From the sequence record NC_031126.1: a DNA stretch of 64,000 nt; one strand, given 5' to 3'. Positions 36,520 to 45,488 of this stretch are shown piece after piece. The notes under the pieces were generated by a model, which worked only from the letters and a program-made list of their open reading frames with translations, was not told the DNA's origin and did not search any database. Numbering within the stretch: position 1 is the stretch's first letter; every line of letters starts with the position of its first letter. A program made the translations under genes and the position numbers.

Positions 36520-37776
36520 GTGGACGCTATTTATCAAGTGCGGGCGGACAGCGCGTATGGCTTCAACCGAGAGTCCCGGACTTGGGAAACCATCGACGTT
36601 ACACAGCCGCTAAAAACCCTGTATGCCACCTACCACTCCTTTGAGGTAGGTCTGGAATCGCTGGGGTTGCTTTACACTCTGCATAGTCAGGATTACAAAG
36701 CCGATATACAAAACCGCACCGGTACATTACAAGATTGGCTGGATAGCAAAGCCGGTGTGGCGTTAACACTACTGACCGACGGATTGCCGGTACTGGAGTT
36801 CTCACACGCACACTGGCAGTCGCTCAATGCCAACGTAGGGCCGGAAGCTTACATCTGCCCCCCAAACTACCATTACACTCAAGACTTCGCGTTAGAGGAC
36901 GCCCACGACGTTGTTATCGTGAGCGAAGCTGACCGCGATGTTCTCCGTAATAATGCGCTCTACTGTATCAACGGACAATGGGTGCCCTCTGGGGCGGATT
37001 CAGTCGGTGTACGTTTACCGGGTGCCGGTAACATCGTGAGACGTACCGGTTATCTCGATATTGGGTGTCTGGTATTCAATGACATCGGGAATGTGCAGAC
37101 CATCCCTATCAAAGGACTGACACTGTCGAAGCTTGATACCAGTCGCGATTACAACTCTACCTTACTACTGACATTACCAACCAGCATTACCGGTAAGAAA
37201 GTGGGCTATGTGATTGGTGGGATTTTGCATTGGCTGAAACCGGAGTTCTATTTCAGCGACAAAGCAATCATGTTGAGTCTGCCTAATTTCAGTCTGGTGA
37301 AGACGGTTCTGGAAACTCGCGACTATTACGATTGGGATAGTATCGGTGTGGGTGACTTGTCTACTGCTACATTGGTATCCCGTATTCGTAATCCGGAAAC
37401 CATGAAGGCATTACTGGAACATGAGTCTTCCTTTATCGTGGTGGTGGATAATCCGTATCTGGAATTCGAACACATTGGGATTAACCACGGGGCTTCGTAC
37501 GGTCGGTTCCATCTGCGTGACCCGAATGACATCGACAGTGAAAAACCACTGGGGATGTTGAACAACGAATTTGGGAAGACGGTAAGCTACTGGCCTACGT
37601 GGCAGGAAGGAGAGTGGACGTTCCACACTACCGAGATTACTCGGCAGAACTATCTTTTCTCTCACGCTAAGTGGCAAAACCAAAATGCGATTACGGATGT
37701 TAAACCGATTGTCGCACCAAGCCCGTATCGTGTGATTAATGTTGAAATGGTACGCATCAAAGCACGAAAAAAATAA
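36520..37776 (+). CDS. Putative virion structural (baseplate-region) protein
   Basis: 418 aa divergent from the fibre operon; GAGGA RBS with GTG start; location and composition suggest a jumbo-phage structural gene; function not recognised. Confidence 0.6.
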   Translation: MDAIYQVRADSAYGFNRESRTWETIDVTQPLKTLYATYHSFEVGLESLGLLYTLHSQDYKADIQNRTGTLQDWLDSKAGVALTLLTDGLPVLEFSHAHWQSLNANVGPEAYICPPNYHYTQDFALEDAHDVVIVSEADRDVLRNNALYCINGQWVPSGADSVGVRLPGAGNIVRRTGYLDIGCLVFNDIGNVQTIPIKGLTLSKLDTSRDYNSTLLLTLPTSITGKKVGYVIGGILHWLKPEFYFSDKAIMLSLPNFSLVKTVLETRDYYDWDSIGVGDLSTATLVSRIRNPETMKALLEHESSFIVVVDNPYLEFEHIGINHGASYGRFHLRDPNDIDSEKPLGMLNNEFGKTVSYWPTWQEGEWTFHTTEITRQNYLFSHAKWQNQNAITDVKPIVAPSPYRVINVEMVRIKARKK

Positions 37777-37823
37777 AGGTAAACTCCTACTCCCGATTGG
37801 GAGTAGGAGACCTATTACTTTTT
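37777..37823. terminator. Bidirectional intrinsic terminator
   Basis: CTCCTACTCCC-GATT-GGGAGTAGGAG perfect 11-bp stem between convergent genes. Confidence 0.8.
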
Positions 37824-37827
37824 GCGA

Positions 37828-38037
37828 TTAGTCTTTTTTGTAGACGATCGCATCACCGTGCTGTTTGTTGTTACCGGAGATGCCGATAACTTTGAATGCG
37901 TCGCCGCCTTTCGCTTCGGCTGCTTTCGCCAGCTCGGCAGTTACTTCATCAACGGTGCTGCCGCTTGCAGATACGTTGCCAATTTTCTTATACTCAGCTG
38001 GAATATTCTCAGCGGAAGCAAATTCTTTAATGCTCAT
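37828..38037 (-). CDS. DUF1471 (YdgH/BhsA/McbA-like) protein lacking a signal peptide
   Basis: KIG.VSASG.T.DE....LA..AE..G...FKV.G.SGNN..HG.A.VYK is the DUF1471 signature; GAGGG RBS directly before ATG. Confidence 0.85.
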   Translation of the reverse strand: MSIKEFASAENIPAEYKKIGNVSASGSTVDEVTAELAKAAEAKGGDAFKVIGISGNNKQHGDAIVYKKD

Positions 38038-38098
38038 CGTGAATCCCTCTATTGATTAAGTAGGCAGTATGCCATAAAGCATAGTAACAGGCTGTCCT

Positions 38099-38135
38099 GT
38101 AAAAAGAAAAATACCGCTATCCCGAAGGACAGCGG
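38099..38135 (-). terminator. Intrinsic terminator downstream of the spike gene
   Basis: Minus strand CCGCTGTCC-TTCG-GGATAGCGG followed by TATTTTTCTTTTT. Confidence 0.75.
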
Positions 38136-38309
38136 ATTTCCCCTACGACTTTAATTTAAACCCGAAGGTCTGCCGTAGCCCTATTGTGAATCTTCAAACT
38201 TTTTTGCGAAAAAAGTGGCCGATGCTCGCAAGCGATGAGATAAAAGAGTTTGTCGATTATTCGACGCTTGTGACCTTCGTCATATACCAGGCACCATCTG
38301 TAAAAAGAG

Positions 38310-39257
38310 TTACTGTGGTTTGGATACCAAGTTACCGTCACCTTGCTCACGGTGCGTATGCACAGAGAAGGTGATGTTGGCAATCACCGCATCGGTAACA
38401 GTGAACAGGCCCTTACCTTCGCCCGTACCGCCGTAGGAGAAGTCTTTACCTACGTCGAAGTTTCCGGTATAGGTTGACTTCGGTGAATCGGTTGTCCACT
38501 GTTTCGTTTTCCAGTCCACGGTCTTGGCTGCCGTGGCATCCCAGATATCGCACTTCACCTTAACCAGCTTCGTTTCCATGTTAATGGACTTGGTGGTAAA
38601 GATGAAGGCGTCTTCTTTATTAATGTTAATCTTCGAGCGCATGGCGTTCTCGAAGCCCAGGTCGTATTCCTGAGAGTTCATGTAATACTGGTTGCCTAAG
38701 TCATCACGGCACAGCCACGTTCCGTCACGCGTGTTGAATTGCCAAATATAGGCATTCTTCTCACCGTTCGACATTGACGTACGAATCGTGATGTGTTTAT
38801 CCATCGGGGAGAAGTTCATGACATAGGCATTCGACAAGTCATCCGCCATCTGGTTCTTCGGGTCACCTGACCAGGCGTAAATGGCATCCTCTAAACGCTT
38901 CACGTTTGAGGAGTTCAAGTCTACCCAGAAATAGATGTCCGTTTTGCCGAGGCGATAAATGAGGACTTGGTCTTCTTTCTTTACATCTGGCGAATTGACG
39001 CGGTTGGAGTTGAACTTCCACCACTTCGCGGTGATGTGATTCCCCTCTTTGACTTTCAGGTTATCCGTCGCTGTCCCGGTCGAATACTGGTGCTCAGTCT
39101 CACTCTCTTGGACGGCGACCTTTGTCGGCTCCATAAAGCTGACTTCGATCGGTATGATTTTCACTCGGTCGGTGCCACGCGGTTTATCTTCTGCCACCAC
39201 ACCCAGCGAGTAGAAATCGACATTAGACTTTTCCACGCTTACCTCCTCGGTTCTCAT
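38310..39257 (-). CDS. Baseplate central spike (gpV/gp5-like) with C-terminal HxH metal-binding tip
   Basis: OB-fold-like N-terminus (GVVAEDK, P.V...DQV.I), beta-helix-like middle, C-terminal SVHTH.EQGDG; probable start GTG 39236 after GAGGAGG. Confidence 0.8.
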   Translation of the reverse strand: MRTEEVSVEKSNVDFYSLGVVAEDKPRGTDRVKIIPIEVSFMEPTKVAVQESETEHQYSTGTATDNLKVKEGNHITAKWWKFNSNRVNSPDVKKEDQVLIYRLGKTDIYFWVDLNSSNVKRLEDAIYAWSGDPKNQMADDLSNAYVMNFSPMDKHITIRTSMSNGEKNAYIWQFNTRDGTWLCRDDLGNQYYMNSQEYDLGFENAMRSKININKEDAFIFTTKSINMETKLVKVKCDIWDATAAKTVDWKTKQWTTDSPKSTYTGNFDVGKDFSYGGTGEGKGLFTVTDAVIANITFSVHTHREQGDGNLVSKPQ

Positions 39258-39470
39258 ATTACTCTTTTTTACGGATCGATCTCTTCTTTTTGCTTGAGGG
39301 AAACTTCAGGGGGTAAGGGGGATCTGTGTGACTATTGCATAGATCTCGGAGGAGGAATGGAATGACTCCGACTTCCTTTAGTTCTGTTATCTGTTGACCC
39401 TAGTCTTTTTACACAAGCAAGCCGTGGTATGGCGCTTAGCCATACGGATACCGTTTTCGTCTTCTATTGA

Positions 39471-40223
39471 TTGAAGACGTCGTTATCCTTTCTTCCTTTT
39501 TCAGAGGTTTTAGAAATGACCAGAATTAAATACGATTTTGATTTCAATACAGGTGTTAAGATTTTAGAGCCGCATTTACTGCGGACGTCAGATAGATCGT
39601 GGAATTTAAAAATGGGTCAGTTGTTTGCAGACTCCGGCCTATCAAGCATTGCTGCGCCGTACTATCGTCTCAGTGAACTTAGACCAGTAAATCCGTGTGA
39701 GGATCGTGAGGGCGGTGGCGTCGTACTTGAACTTCGCAATAACGACTATTTGCGTCAACTGTCCAACAACTACGGTAAGATGCTGCAAGCCGCCTATGAA
39801 AATAACGGTAAGGCAGTCTCCGTAGACGGCGTATCTGCACAGGTTAAGATTTGCCGCCACGGCAACAGTGGTGTGGATACGGTCGTTGAGTTGTGGGTAC
39901 ACGGTACCATTAACGATGGTCACGCGATGGGTGTGCAGCCCTTTACCGAATGCTTCGTTTATGAAGCTTCACTCCGCCGCGAAGAAAACCCCACGGGGGC
40001 AACTGAATTTGGTACCGAAGAAGAACGTATCCCGGATGTGGGCGAACGTAGTATGTCTTCACCGGTCTATCTGGTGCAAGCTCAGAACGTTAAGTCTGCT
40101 TTCGGTGTTACCGTGAAGGATAACCCGGAACGTATTTACGTAATGGCCCGGTGGGCGGGGTGGAGTAGTGTGAAGTTTTACGGCGGGCAGGTGTTGCTGA
40201 TAGCGGACATCACCGTGCGGTAA
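39471..40223 (+). CDS. Hypothetical protein
   Basis: Long ORF, probable start ATG 39516 after GAGG; followed by a terminator. Confidence 0.65.
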   Translation: MKTSLSFLPFSEVLEMTRIKYDFDFNTGVKILEPHLLRTSDRSWNLKMGQLFADSGLSSIAAPYYRLSELRPVNPCEDREGGGVVLELRNNDYLRQLSNNYGKMLQAAYENNGKAVSVDGVSAQVKICRHGNSGVDTVVELWVHGTINDGHAMGVQPFTECFVYEASLRREENPTGATEFGTEEERIPDVGERSMSSPVYLVQAQNVKSAFGVTVKDNPERIYVMARWAGWSSVKFYGGQVLLIADITVR

Positions 40224-40230
40224 TAGAAAC

Positions 40231-40266
40231 AGGGAGCCTTCGGGCTCCCTAGGATTATATATTTTT
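40231..40266 (+). terminator. Intrinsic terminator
   Basis: AGGGAGCC-TTCG-GGCTCCCT hairpin followed by an AT/T-rich tract. Confidence 0.7.
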
Positions 40267-40288
40267 TCAGATATATATTACCTAAGTG
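40267..40288 (+). promoter_or_regulatory. Putative phage early promoter (copy 1)
   Basis: TCAGATATATATTACCTAAGTG; contains TATATTAC, the phiKZ early-promoter core; one of four similar intergenic copies. Confidence 0.65.
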
Positions 40289-40331
40289 AGAATTCAATCA
40301 GTTCTTTTAAATCGTCTATCAAGGATAAATC

Positions 40332-40979
40332 ATGAAAGTATTAGATCGCGCCATCGCAAAAACTCACGAAACTAACGACGCCACGTTTCTTATCAACGCG
40401 GTAGTTTATAAAGTCTGCCAGCGCCGTGGTAAGCAAGTTGTACCTACGGTCTTCGCGGACTACACAGACCTCGGCTCTGTGCCGGAAGATCTGGTAACTA
40501 AACCGGATATCGTTGCGGCAGAAGATGATCGTATTGCCTCTATGGCACCACGCATCACGGAGCTGTTGGCTAAGCATTATCGCGACGTTAAAGATTTGGT
40601 TATCGTCGTTAAGTTGAAGGATTCAGTAACCGTCGAAGGTACAGTAGATTTCGGTGGGCAGGCATTCCCTTCGACAAACCAGACGAACATTATCCTACAG
40701 GTGAAAGTAACCGGTAAGGACAAGGTGTATCTGAACTTCCACTCTGAATTCGTGGATATTGATGCGCCTTGGTGGGATGTAGCAATGCCGCGTCTACCTT
40801 TGCCAGAAGCAACCTCGGAAGATGACCCAGTTTATCTGATGTCTTCGGCTTATGTTAAAGATGTGTGCATGGTCGATGGCGTGGACGTTCACATTCTTGA
40901 CTCGGTCAGTATTGCCGCTTTGGCCATCGGTTGGTCAGATAGCGAATCTTACGGCAACTCCCTCCTTCTCCTGAACTAA
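40332..40979 (+). CDS. Hypothetical protein
   Basis: 215 aa, AAGGA RBS, first gene after the early promoter motif. Confidence 0.75.
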   Translation: MKVLDRAIAKTHETNDATFLINAVVYKVCQRRGKQVVPTVFADYTDLGSVPEDLVTKPDIVAAEDDRIASMAPRITELLAKHYRDVKDLVIVVKLKDSVTVEGTVDFGGQAFPSTNQTNIILQVKVTGKDKVYLNFHSEFVDIDAPWWDVAMPRLPLPEATSEDDPVYLMSSAYVKDVCMVDGVDVHILDSVSIAALAIGWSDSESYGNSLLLLN

Positions 40980-40994
40980 TACGGAGCCACACCC

Positions 40995-41561
40995 ATGTTA
41001 ATTTACCAGATGACTGCGGAACAGATCATTAACGCGTACGGCAAGAAAATGCCAAACGTTATCACTGCACTGGAGAAGACTCCGGTCGAGCAGTACGCAG
41101 TCTTTGAAGAAGACGGCATCCCGAAAGCGGTCTTTGCGGTTCTCCATCAGGCTATCCCGATGATGGGTAAGGGCCTCCATCTCTTAACGGCTATTGCTAC
41201 TGTGATGTTCGACCTTAATCCGAAACTGATGCAGCGTTACCGCACCCAGTACGGTAAGAAAGGTGATGTCATCGCTTACGATTTACCATCCCATGTTCAC
41301 ATCGAGGAGATGGATGCCAGTGTCGTTCGTTATTCGCCTACAGAAGAAGCTGAGGGCCATTCTGTCATAGCGTATCACGGTATTGAACTGGATGATTCTG
41401 ATTTGAATATAACTGAGCGCGACCTTACCGATATGGTTAATCAAGCGCCGGGGGTACGTTTCAGTTTGGGCTACACGAACCAAGCCAAACAACACAGCAT
41501 GGGCCGATATTTGGCAGAAGTCCATGGTTATACAATCACACGACGCGTTTACATTCTGTAA
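40995..41561 (+). CDS. Hypothetical protein (possible degenerate GNAT-like fold)
   Basis: 188 aa, GGAG RBS; C-terminal YL...HGYTI.RRVY resembles the end of 42184..42759. Confidence 0.7.
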   Translation: MLIYQMTAEQIINAYGKKMPNVITALEKTPVEQYAVFEEDGIPKAVFAVLHQAIPMMGKGLHLLTAIATVMFDLNPKLMQRYRTQYGKKGDVIAYDLPSHVHIEEMDASVVRYSPTEEAEGHSVIAYHGIELDDSDLNITERDLTDMVNQAPGVRFSLGYTNQAKQHSMGRYLAEVHGYTITRRVYIL

Positions 41562-41572
41562 AGGAGAACACT

Positions 41573-42109
41573 ATGAACTACCAAGGTTTTGTTGTCGCTA
41601 ATGATTATCAGAATGACTATCCACCGATCGTTCTGAAACGTAGAAGTGCTTTAGAGCTGGCAGACGTCATTCAGAGCCACACTCTGATTCCGGTTTCCGT
41701 ACCGATCGATAACCCGTTCATCAACCGCCCGGAAGACCCGTTCTTCGAGCCTAAGATGTTACGTGAACTGGGTTGGGACGACCAAAAGATTCGCGAGCGT
41801 CTCTTGGACAACGAACGCGTCCACGCACAAATCACCAATACCAACTTCTGGGCAGAAGTGGTAGCACCGATCGAAGATGTTAATTACACAGCTGGGGATT
41901 TATTTGAGCAGGACCTTGAGAACTTCATGGAGCTGCCTGTAAGTACCGAACTGTTCTTTAGCTTCAACGAAAACATCGCTGATGCGCAGGCTAAGCATTA
42001 CGACGGTGTGGTGTTCAAAGGCATGGCAGCCTGCCGCGAAAGCAGCATGGTTATCAGCTTCCGTTCTGGTGCTATCCGCTACGGTACCGAAGAACGTTTG
42101 CCACTGTAA
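41573..42109 (+). CDS. Hypothetical protein
   Basis: 178 aa, AGGAG RBS; hairpin terminator follows at ~42116-42150. Confidence 0.75.
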   Translation: MNYQGFVVANDYQNDYPPIVLKRRSALELADVIQSHTLIPVSVPIDNPFINRPEDPFFEPKMLRELGWDDQKIRERLLDNERVHAQITNTNFWAEVVAPIEDVNYTAGDLFEQDLENFMELPVSTELFFSFNENIADAQAKHYDGVVFKGMAACRESSMVISFRSGAIRYGTEERLPL

Positions 42110-42183
42110 TTGATTGAGGGGCGCTAAGACGCCCCCTTTCTCATTTTTTACGCGACGACCCATTCATTTTAGGAGTTTGACTT

Positions 42184-42759
42184 ATGTTACAAATCCACAC
42201 GTATCTTAACACTACCGAACTGGAACGCTTACATCGCGAAGGCGAGTTACCGAAAGGTGACATCCTTGGTACTGCGCGTCTTTACATGGCGAAAGAACCT
42301 GGCAGTGTTCTGATTCTATTACGTGACGCGGGAACATGGGACGTGAATGCGGTGTTTGTGGATATCCCAGATGCGAATGACCGTTTATCTCGCAACATCT
42401 ACTGTATCTATTCTGAGGTAGATACAATCGATGCTGAGTTGTTCCGTGGTTATCTGCGGGACAGCCGCTTCCGTATCAGTGAGGTACACCTGCCGTCTAA
42501 TACCCGTTTAGATAACGAGTATTCTACATGGCGCATCATGCGACACAAAAAGCAGGCCATCGGTGTTCTGACACGCTTCAAGTTCATGTCAGCAGATAAG
42601 ATTGAGAAAGATATCAAGACGATTGCAGAGCACGGTGAAACCGCCCGCCTTGAGCTTCATCTGTCCATGCCGGTGCGGAAGGCAGATGAAGACATCTGTA
42701 AGCGTTTAACGCAGTACGGCTTCACAACCCGTAAATACATCTATCACGTTATCCCATAA
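42184..42759 (+). CDS. Hypothetical protein (possible degenerate GNAT-like fold)
   Basis: 191 aa, AGGAG RBS; ends RLTQYGFTTRKYIY. Confidence 0.7.
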   Translation: MLQIHTYLNTTELERLHREGELPKGDILGTARLYMAKEPGSVLILLRDAGTWDVNAVFVDIPDANDRLSRNIYCIYSEVDTIDAELFRGYLRDSRFRISEVHLPSNTRLDNEYSTWRIMRHKKQAIGVLTRFKFMSADKIEKDIKTIAEHGETARLELHLSMPVRKADEDICKRLTQYGFTTRKYIYHVIP

Positions 42760-42770
42760 TAGAAAATATC

Positions 42771-42792
42771 TCAGATAGATATTATCTAGGTG
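42771..42792 (+). promoter_or_regulatory. Putative phage early promoter (copy 2)
   Basis: TCAGATAGATATTATCTAGGTG, intergenic, ~50 nt before the next ATG. Confidence 0.65.
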
Positions 42793-42841
42793 GAGTTAGG
42801 CATTTACTCCATTCAATTACTACCCATTAAGGACTATTAAC

Positions 42842-43303
42842 ATGGCTTTGAACGAAGAGTTTACCAATACAGTCAAGTCCCTCGATGCTCGTGATAAGGT
42901 TCTGTCTTATCTGCAAACGCATCGCCGTCAGGTTATGAACCTGTTTTCTCTGGTTATTACAGAAACGCACCAGTGTGAAGCCGGTAAGAAGCAGAAATTC
43001 GCAGATGGTGTTCTCGAAGGACTGCCTCGTCGTTTCAAAGATTGTTTTATGGATGATTTTGGCGACTGGGCATCCCGCTATGCTGGGCATGTCTTGACGT
43101 CGCCAAGCGACAACGATATCAGCGATCTCTCTTTCGAAGTGGATGTCATTCGTGGCGATGGTGAAGTTGTGTTGGTGCTCACCGATTACAATACCCGCTA
43201 CACTGTCCGTGACGCGTATCGTTTCGAAGACCTGGTGGCTTATCTGCGTGCCGGTCTCGAATGGAACCCGCGTGCTCGTACCTTCTTTATCCCGCGTTCT
43301 TAA
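42842..43303 (+). CDS. Hypothetical protein
   Basis: 153 aa, AAGGA RBS; terminator hairpin GGCGGCC-TTCG-GGTCGCC at 43315-43332. Confidence 0.75.
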   Translation: MALNEEFTNTVKSLDARDKVLSYLQTHRRQVMNLFSLVITETHQCEAGKKQKFADGVLEGLPRRFKDCFMDDFGDWASRYAGHVLTSPSDNDISDLSFEVDVIRGDGEVVLVLTDYNTRYTVRDAYRFEDLVAYLRAGLEWNPRARTFFIPRS

Positions 43304-43351
43304 TAGCGCAACCCGGCGGCCTTCGGGTCGCCACCTTTATTTTATTCGGCA

Positions 43352-43603
43352 GTGGAGACTATCATGGAAGTCGTTTCGGTTAACGCAGTAAACAAAGAAC
43401 TCATGCGTTACCGTATCATTACTTGCAATACTGATATCGGTGATGTCAAGCAAGTGTTGTTATTTCCCGAAGGTATGGTTGGTACATTAGGCCCACTGTC
43501 ATCCTTCAAACCCCTGTGTTGCAGTATGCTCATTACTGAGCTAACACCCCCGTACGAAACACATCGTCTGAATGTGAAGTGCGGTAAATACGTCCTTAAT
43601 TAA
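43352..43603 (+). CDS. Hypothetical protein
   Basis: ~80 aa; ATG at 43364 after GGAG is the likelier start. Confidence 0.55.
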   Translation: METIMEVVSVNAVNKELMRYRIITCNTDIGDVKQVLLFPEGMVGTLGPLSSFKPLCCSMLITELTPPYETHRLNVKCGKYVLN

Positions 43604-43614
43604 GAGAATAAGAA

Positions 43615-43992
43615 ATGCGTAAGATTTTGATTGCAATTGCGGCAGTATGTTTCACCTTGGCGGCAGGTTTGTCTTTTGCGGATACCAAACCAAAAGACCT
43701 GAATGATTTTACTCCGATGGATGATACCTATCCGGTAGCACCTGACGAACATGCAATACCATTAGCAGAACGCTACGACTTCATAGCGTACCGTTTAGAG
43801 AACGACAAAGGCCAATGTACTGGCGTGGCTCTGGCAAATAGTAATACCCGATTCTATCAGCGCATGGAAGATATTGGTTGCGACCCTATCATCGACCACG
43901 TCTCCATGTCACCTTCCGAAGTAGCAGATTATATCACTGTTAACTTCTATCACAAGACGGTCAATGTTGGCCGGATTACGATTCATCAGTAA
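43615..43992 (+). CDS. Secreted/periplasmic small protein, paralogue 1
   Basis: Sec signal peptide MRKILIAIAAVCFTLAAGLSFA; mature part with a C..(~20)..CDP pair; ends VGRITIHQ. Confidence 0.75.
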   Translation: MRKILIAIAAVCFTLAAGLSFADTKPKDLNDFTPMDDTYPVAPDEHAIPLAERYDFIAYRLENDKGQCTGVALANSNTRFYQRMEDIGCDPIIDHVSMSPSEVADYITVNFYHKTVNVGRITIHQ

Positions 43993-44004
43993 AGGAGTAG
44001 TACC

Positions 44005-44409
44005 ATGAAACGTTTCATCGTTGCAGCAGTTTTCGCTTTGACCTCTCTTGTGGCGTTCTCCGCAGCGGCGGTGGACGTTTTCATCCCTAATAACGTGGTA
44101 GACCGTAACGACCACAATCAGCAGTATTGGTGTCAGGCCGAAGACTTGAAAACCTCAATGTGTTCTCTGGTCTCTGTGTCCGATGACACGAATTACGTAT
44201 TAATTAAAGACCTACCCGGTGTCGCCTGCGAAGATAATAGCTTCGGGGTCATCAATACCGTAGATGGTGTTGGTGAAAACATCGAGTATGATGGCGGCCA
44301 ATGTAAAGGTGATGTGAAAGCACGCTTTGTACGTGGCACAGCGAACGGCCAGCTGTACGTTCAAATATACAACAGCAAAAAAGTAATAGGTAATTACCCG
44401 GTGCATTAA
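44005..44409 (+). CDS. Secreted/periplasmic small protein, paralogue 2
   Basis: Signal peptide MKRFIVAAVFALTSLVAFSAAA; 4 Cys in the mature part; ends IGNYPVH. Confidence 0.78.
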   Translation: MKRFIVAAVFALTSLVAFSAAAVDVFIPNNVVDRNDHNQQYWCQAEDLKTSMCSLVSVSDDTNYVLIKDLPGVACEDNSFGVINTVDGVGENIEYDGGQCKGDVKARFVRGTANGQLYVQIYNSKKVIGNYPVH

Positions 44410-44418
44410 GGAGTCACC

Positions 44419-44796
44419 ATGAAACGTTTTCTGCTGTGCGCGTTGGTTTTCTCGGGAGCTGTAGTTGCAAATACAACAGTAGGCGATTTAACGTTGAAGA
44501 GCATTGTTGACCAACGTTACAGCCCACCCACCTTTGCAGTATGTACTACCGCAACAACGGACTGCTACGAAGCAGCCACTATGGAAGAGTTCACGCTTAT
44601 CCATAAACCGGGCGATGATAAATGCCCGGCAGGCTATTACTTCATGCTGAATCGCAAAGAAGGTGTCGTCGATGACGTTAACACTGCAACCTGCGACCCA
44701 TCATTGAAGTTATCCTTCGACCCGAAAGGCCGTGCTTTGCAGCTTCATCTGTTTGGAAATGATATTGGTCGCGTACCGCTTGACCAATCGAAGTAA
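44419..44796 (+). CDS. Secreted/periplasmic small protein, paralogue 3
   Basis: Signal peptide MKRFLLCALVFSGAVVA; 4 Cys in the mature part incl. CDP; ends IGRVPLDQSK; terminator at ~44815-44859. Confidence 0.78.
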   Translation: MKRFLLCALVFSGAVVANTTVGDLTLKSIVDQRYSPPTFAVCTTATTDCYEAATMEEFTLIHKPGDDKCPAGYYFMLNRKEGVVDDVNTATCDPSLKLSFDPKGRALQLHLFGNDIGRVPLDQSK

Positions 44797-44889
44797 TAAG
44801 TGAGTGTAGTCTTTGGCCCTATCCAGGATTTCCCAACGAGTGGGATAGGGTCCTTTTTTCTGACCATCAATGATTATCAAGGAATACCC

Positions 44890-45429
44890 ATGAACATTTT
44901 AAATACTTTTACCGAAGCCCGCAAATACTTTGAAGTTATCGCCGCCTACAACATCGACCGTTTCCGTTTCCAGTCAATGATAAGTACAGCCCACAAACTC
45001 GAAACATTGAACGAAGCAATACGCACCCATATGCCAATGGATGAAATCGCCAAAGGTGTGGCGAGCGTAAGTAATTACTGGTATTACAAAACCATTCATT
45101 CTCCAATGTTCAAAGACCAACATGAAATCTTTGAGCATGTACAAACCTGGGCCGAACAACACGGCTTGTCTTTCAGTATCTCGGCAGACAGTTTTAACAC
45201 TGATGTCTACTGTAACCACATGCTGGTCAAGAACCCGCATTCGGGTGGCTACGAAATCTTTAACCTGGAAACTGGCACTGCATTTGCAGCGTCAACTTTA
45301 CCGGCACGGAATACTCGCTCAGCAACCGTGACTGAGATTAACGGTAAATATGTTCCAGTCCTCAATTTTACTCGCCGTGAGTGTGGTGCGAAGTCGTTGG
45401 CCGTTATCGGTCATCAGGCAACGCATTAG
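44890..45429 (+). CDS. Hypothetical protein
   Basis: Start reassigned to ATG 44890 (AAGGA RBS); the track start at 44800 runs through a terminator. Confidence 0.7.
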   Translation: MNILNTFTEARKYFEVIAAYNIDRFRFQSMISTAHKLETLNEAIRTHMPMDEIAKGVASVSNYWYYKTIHSPMFKDQHEIFEHVQTWAEQHGLSFSISADSFNTDVYCNHMLVKNPHSGGYEIFNLETGTAFAASTLPARNTRSATVTEINGKYVPVLNFTRRECGAKSLAVIGHQATH

Positions 45430-45488
45430 TCGCAGGGGGTGGGGGTTTATTGCCCGCCCCTTTTTTTTATCATGAAGGAAAAAATAAC

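Noticed and set aside
38156-38383. 75-aa minus-strand and 62-aa plus-strand ORFs downstream of the spike
   Set aside because: They overlap the spike 3' end, lack an RBS, and run through multiple hairpins; treated as non-coding.
44800-45488. Upstream extensions of ORFs 44800 and 45381 given by the track
   Set aside because: They read through intrinsic terminators; downstream ATGs (44890, 45489) have clear RBSs.
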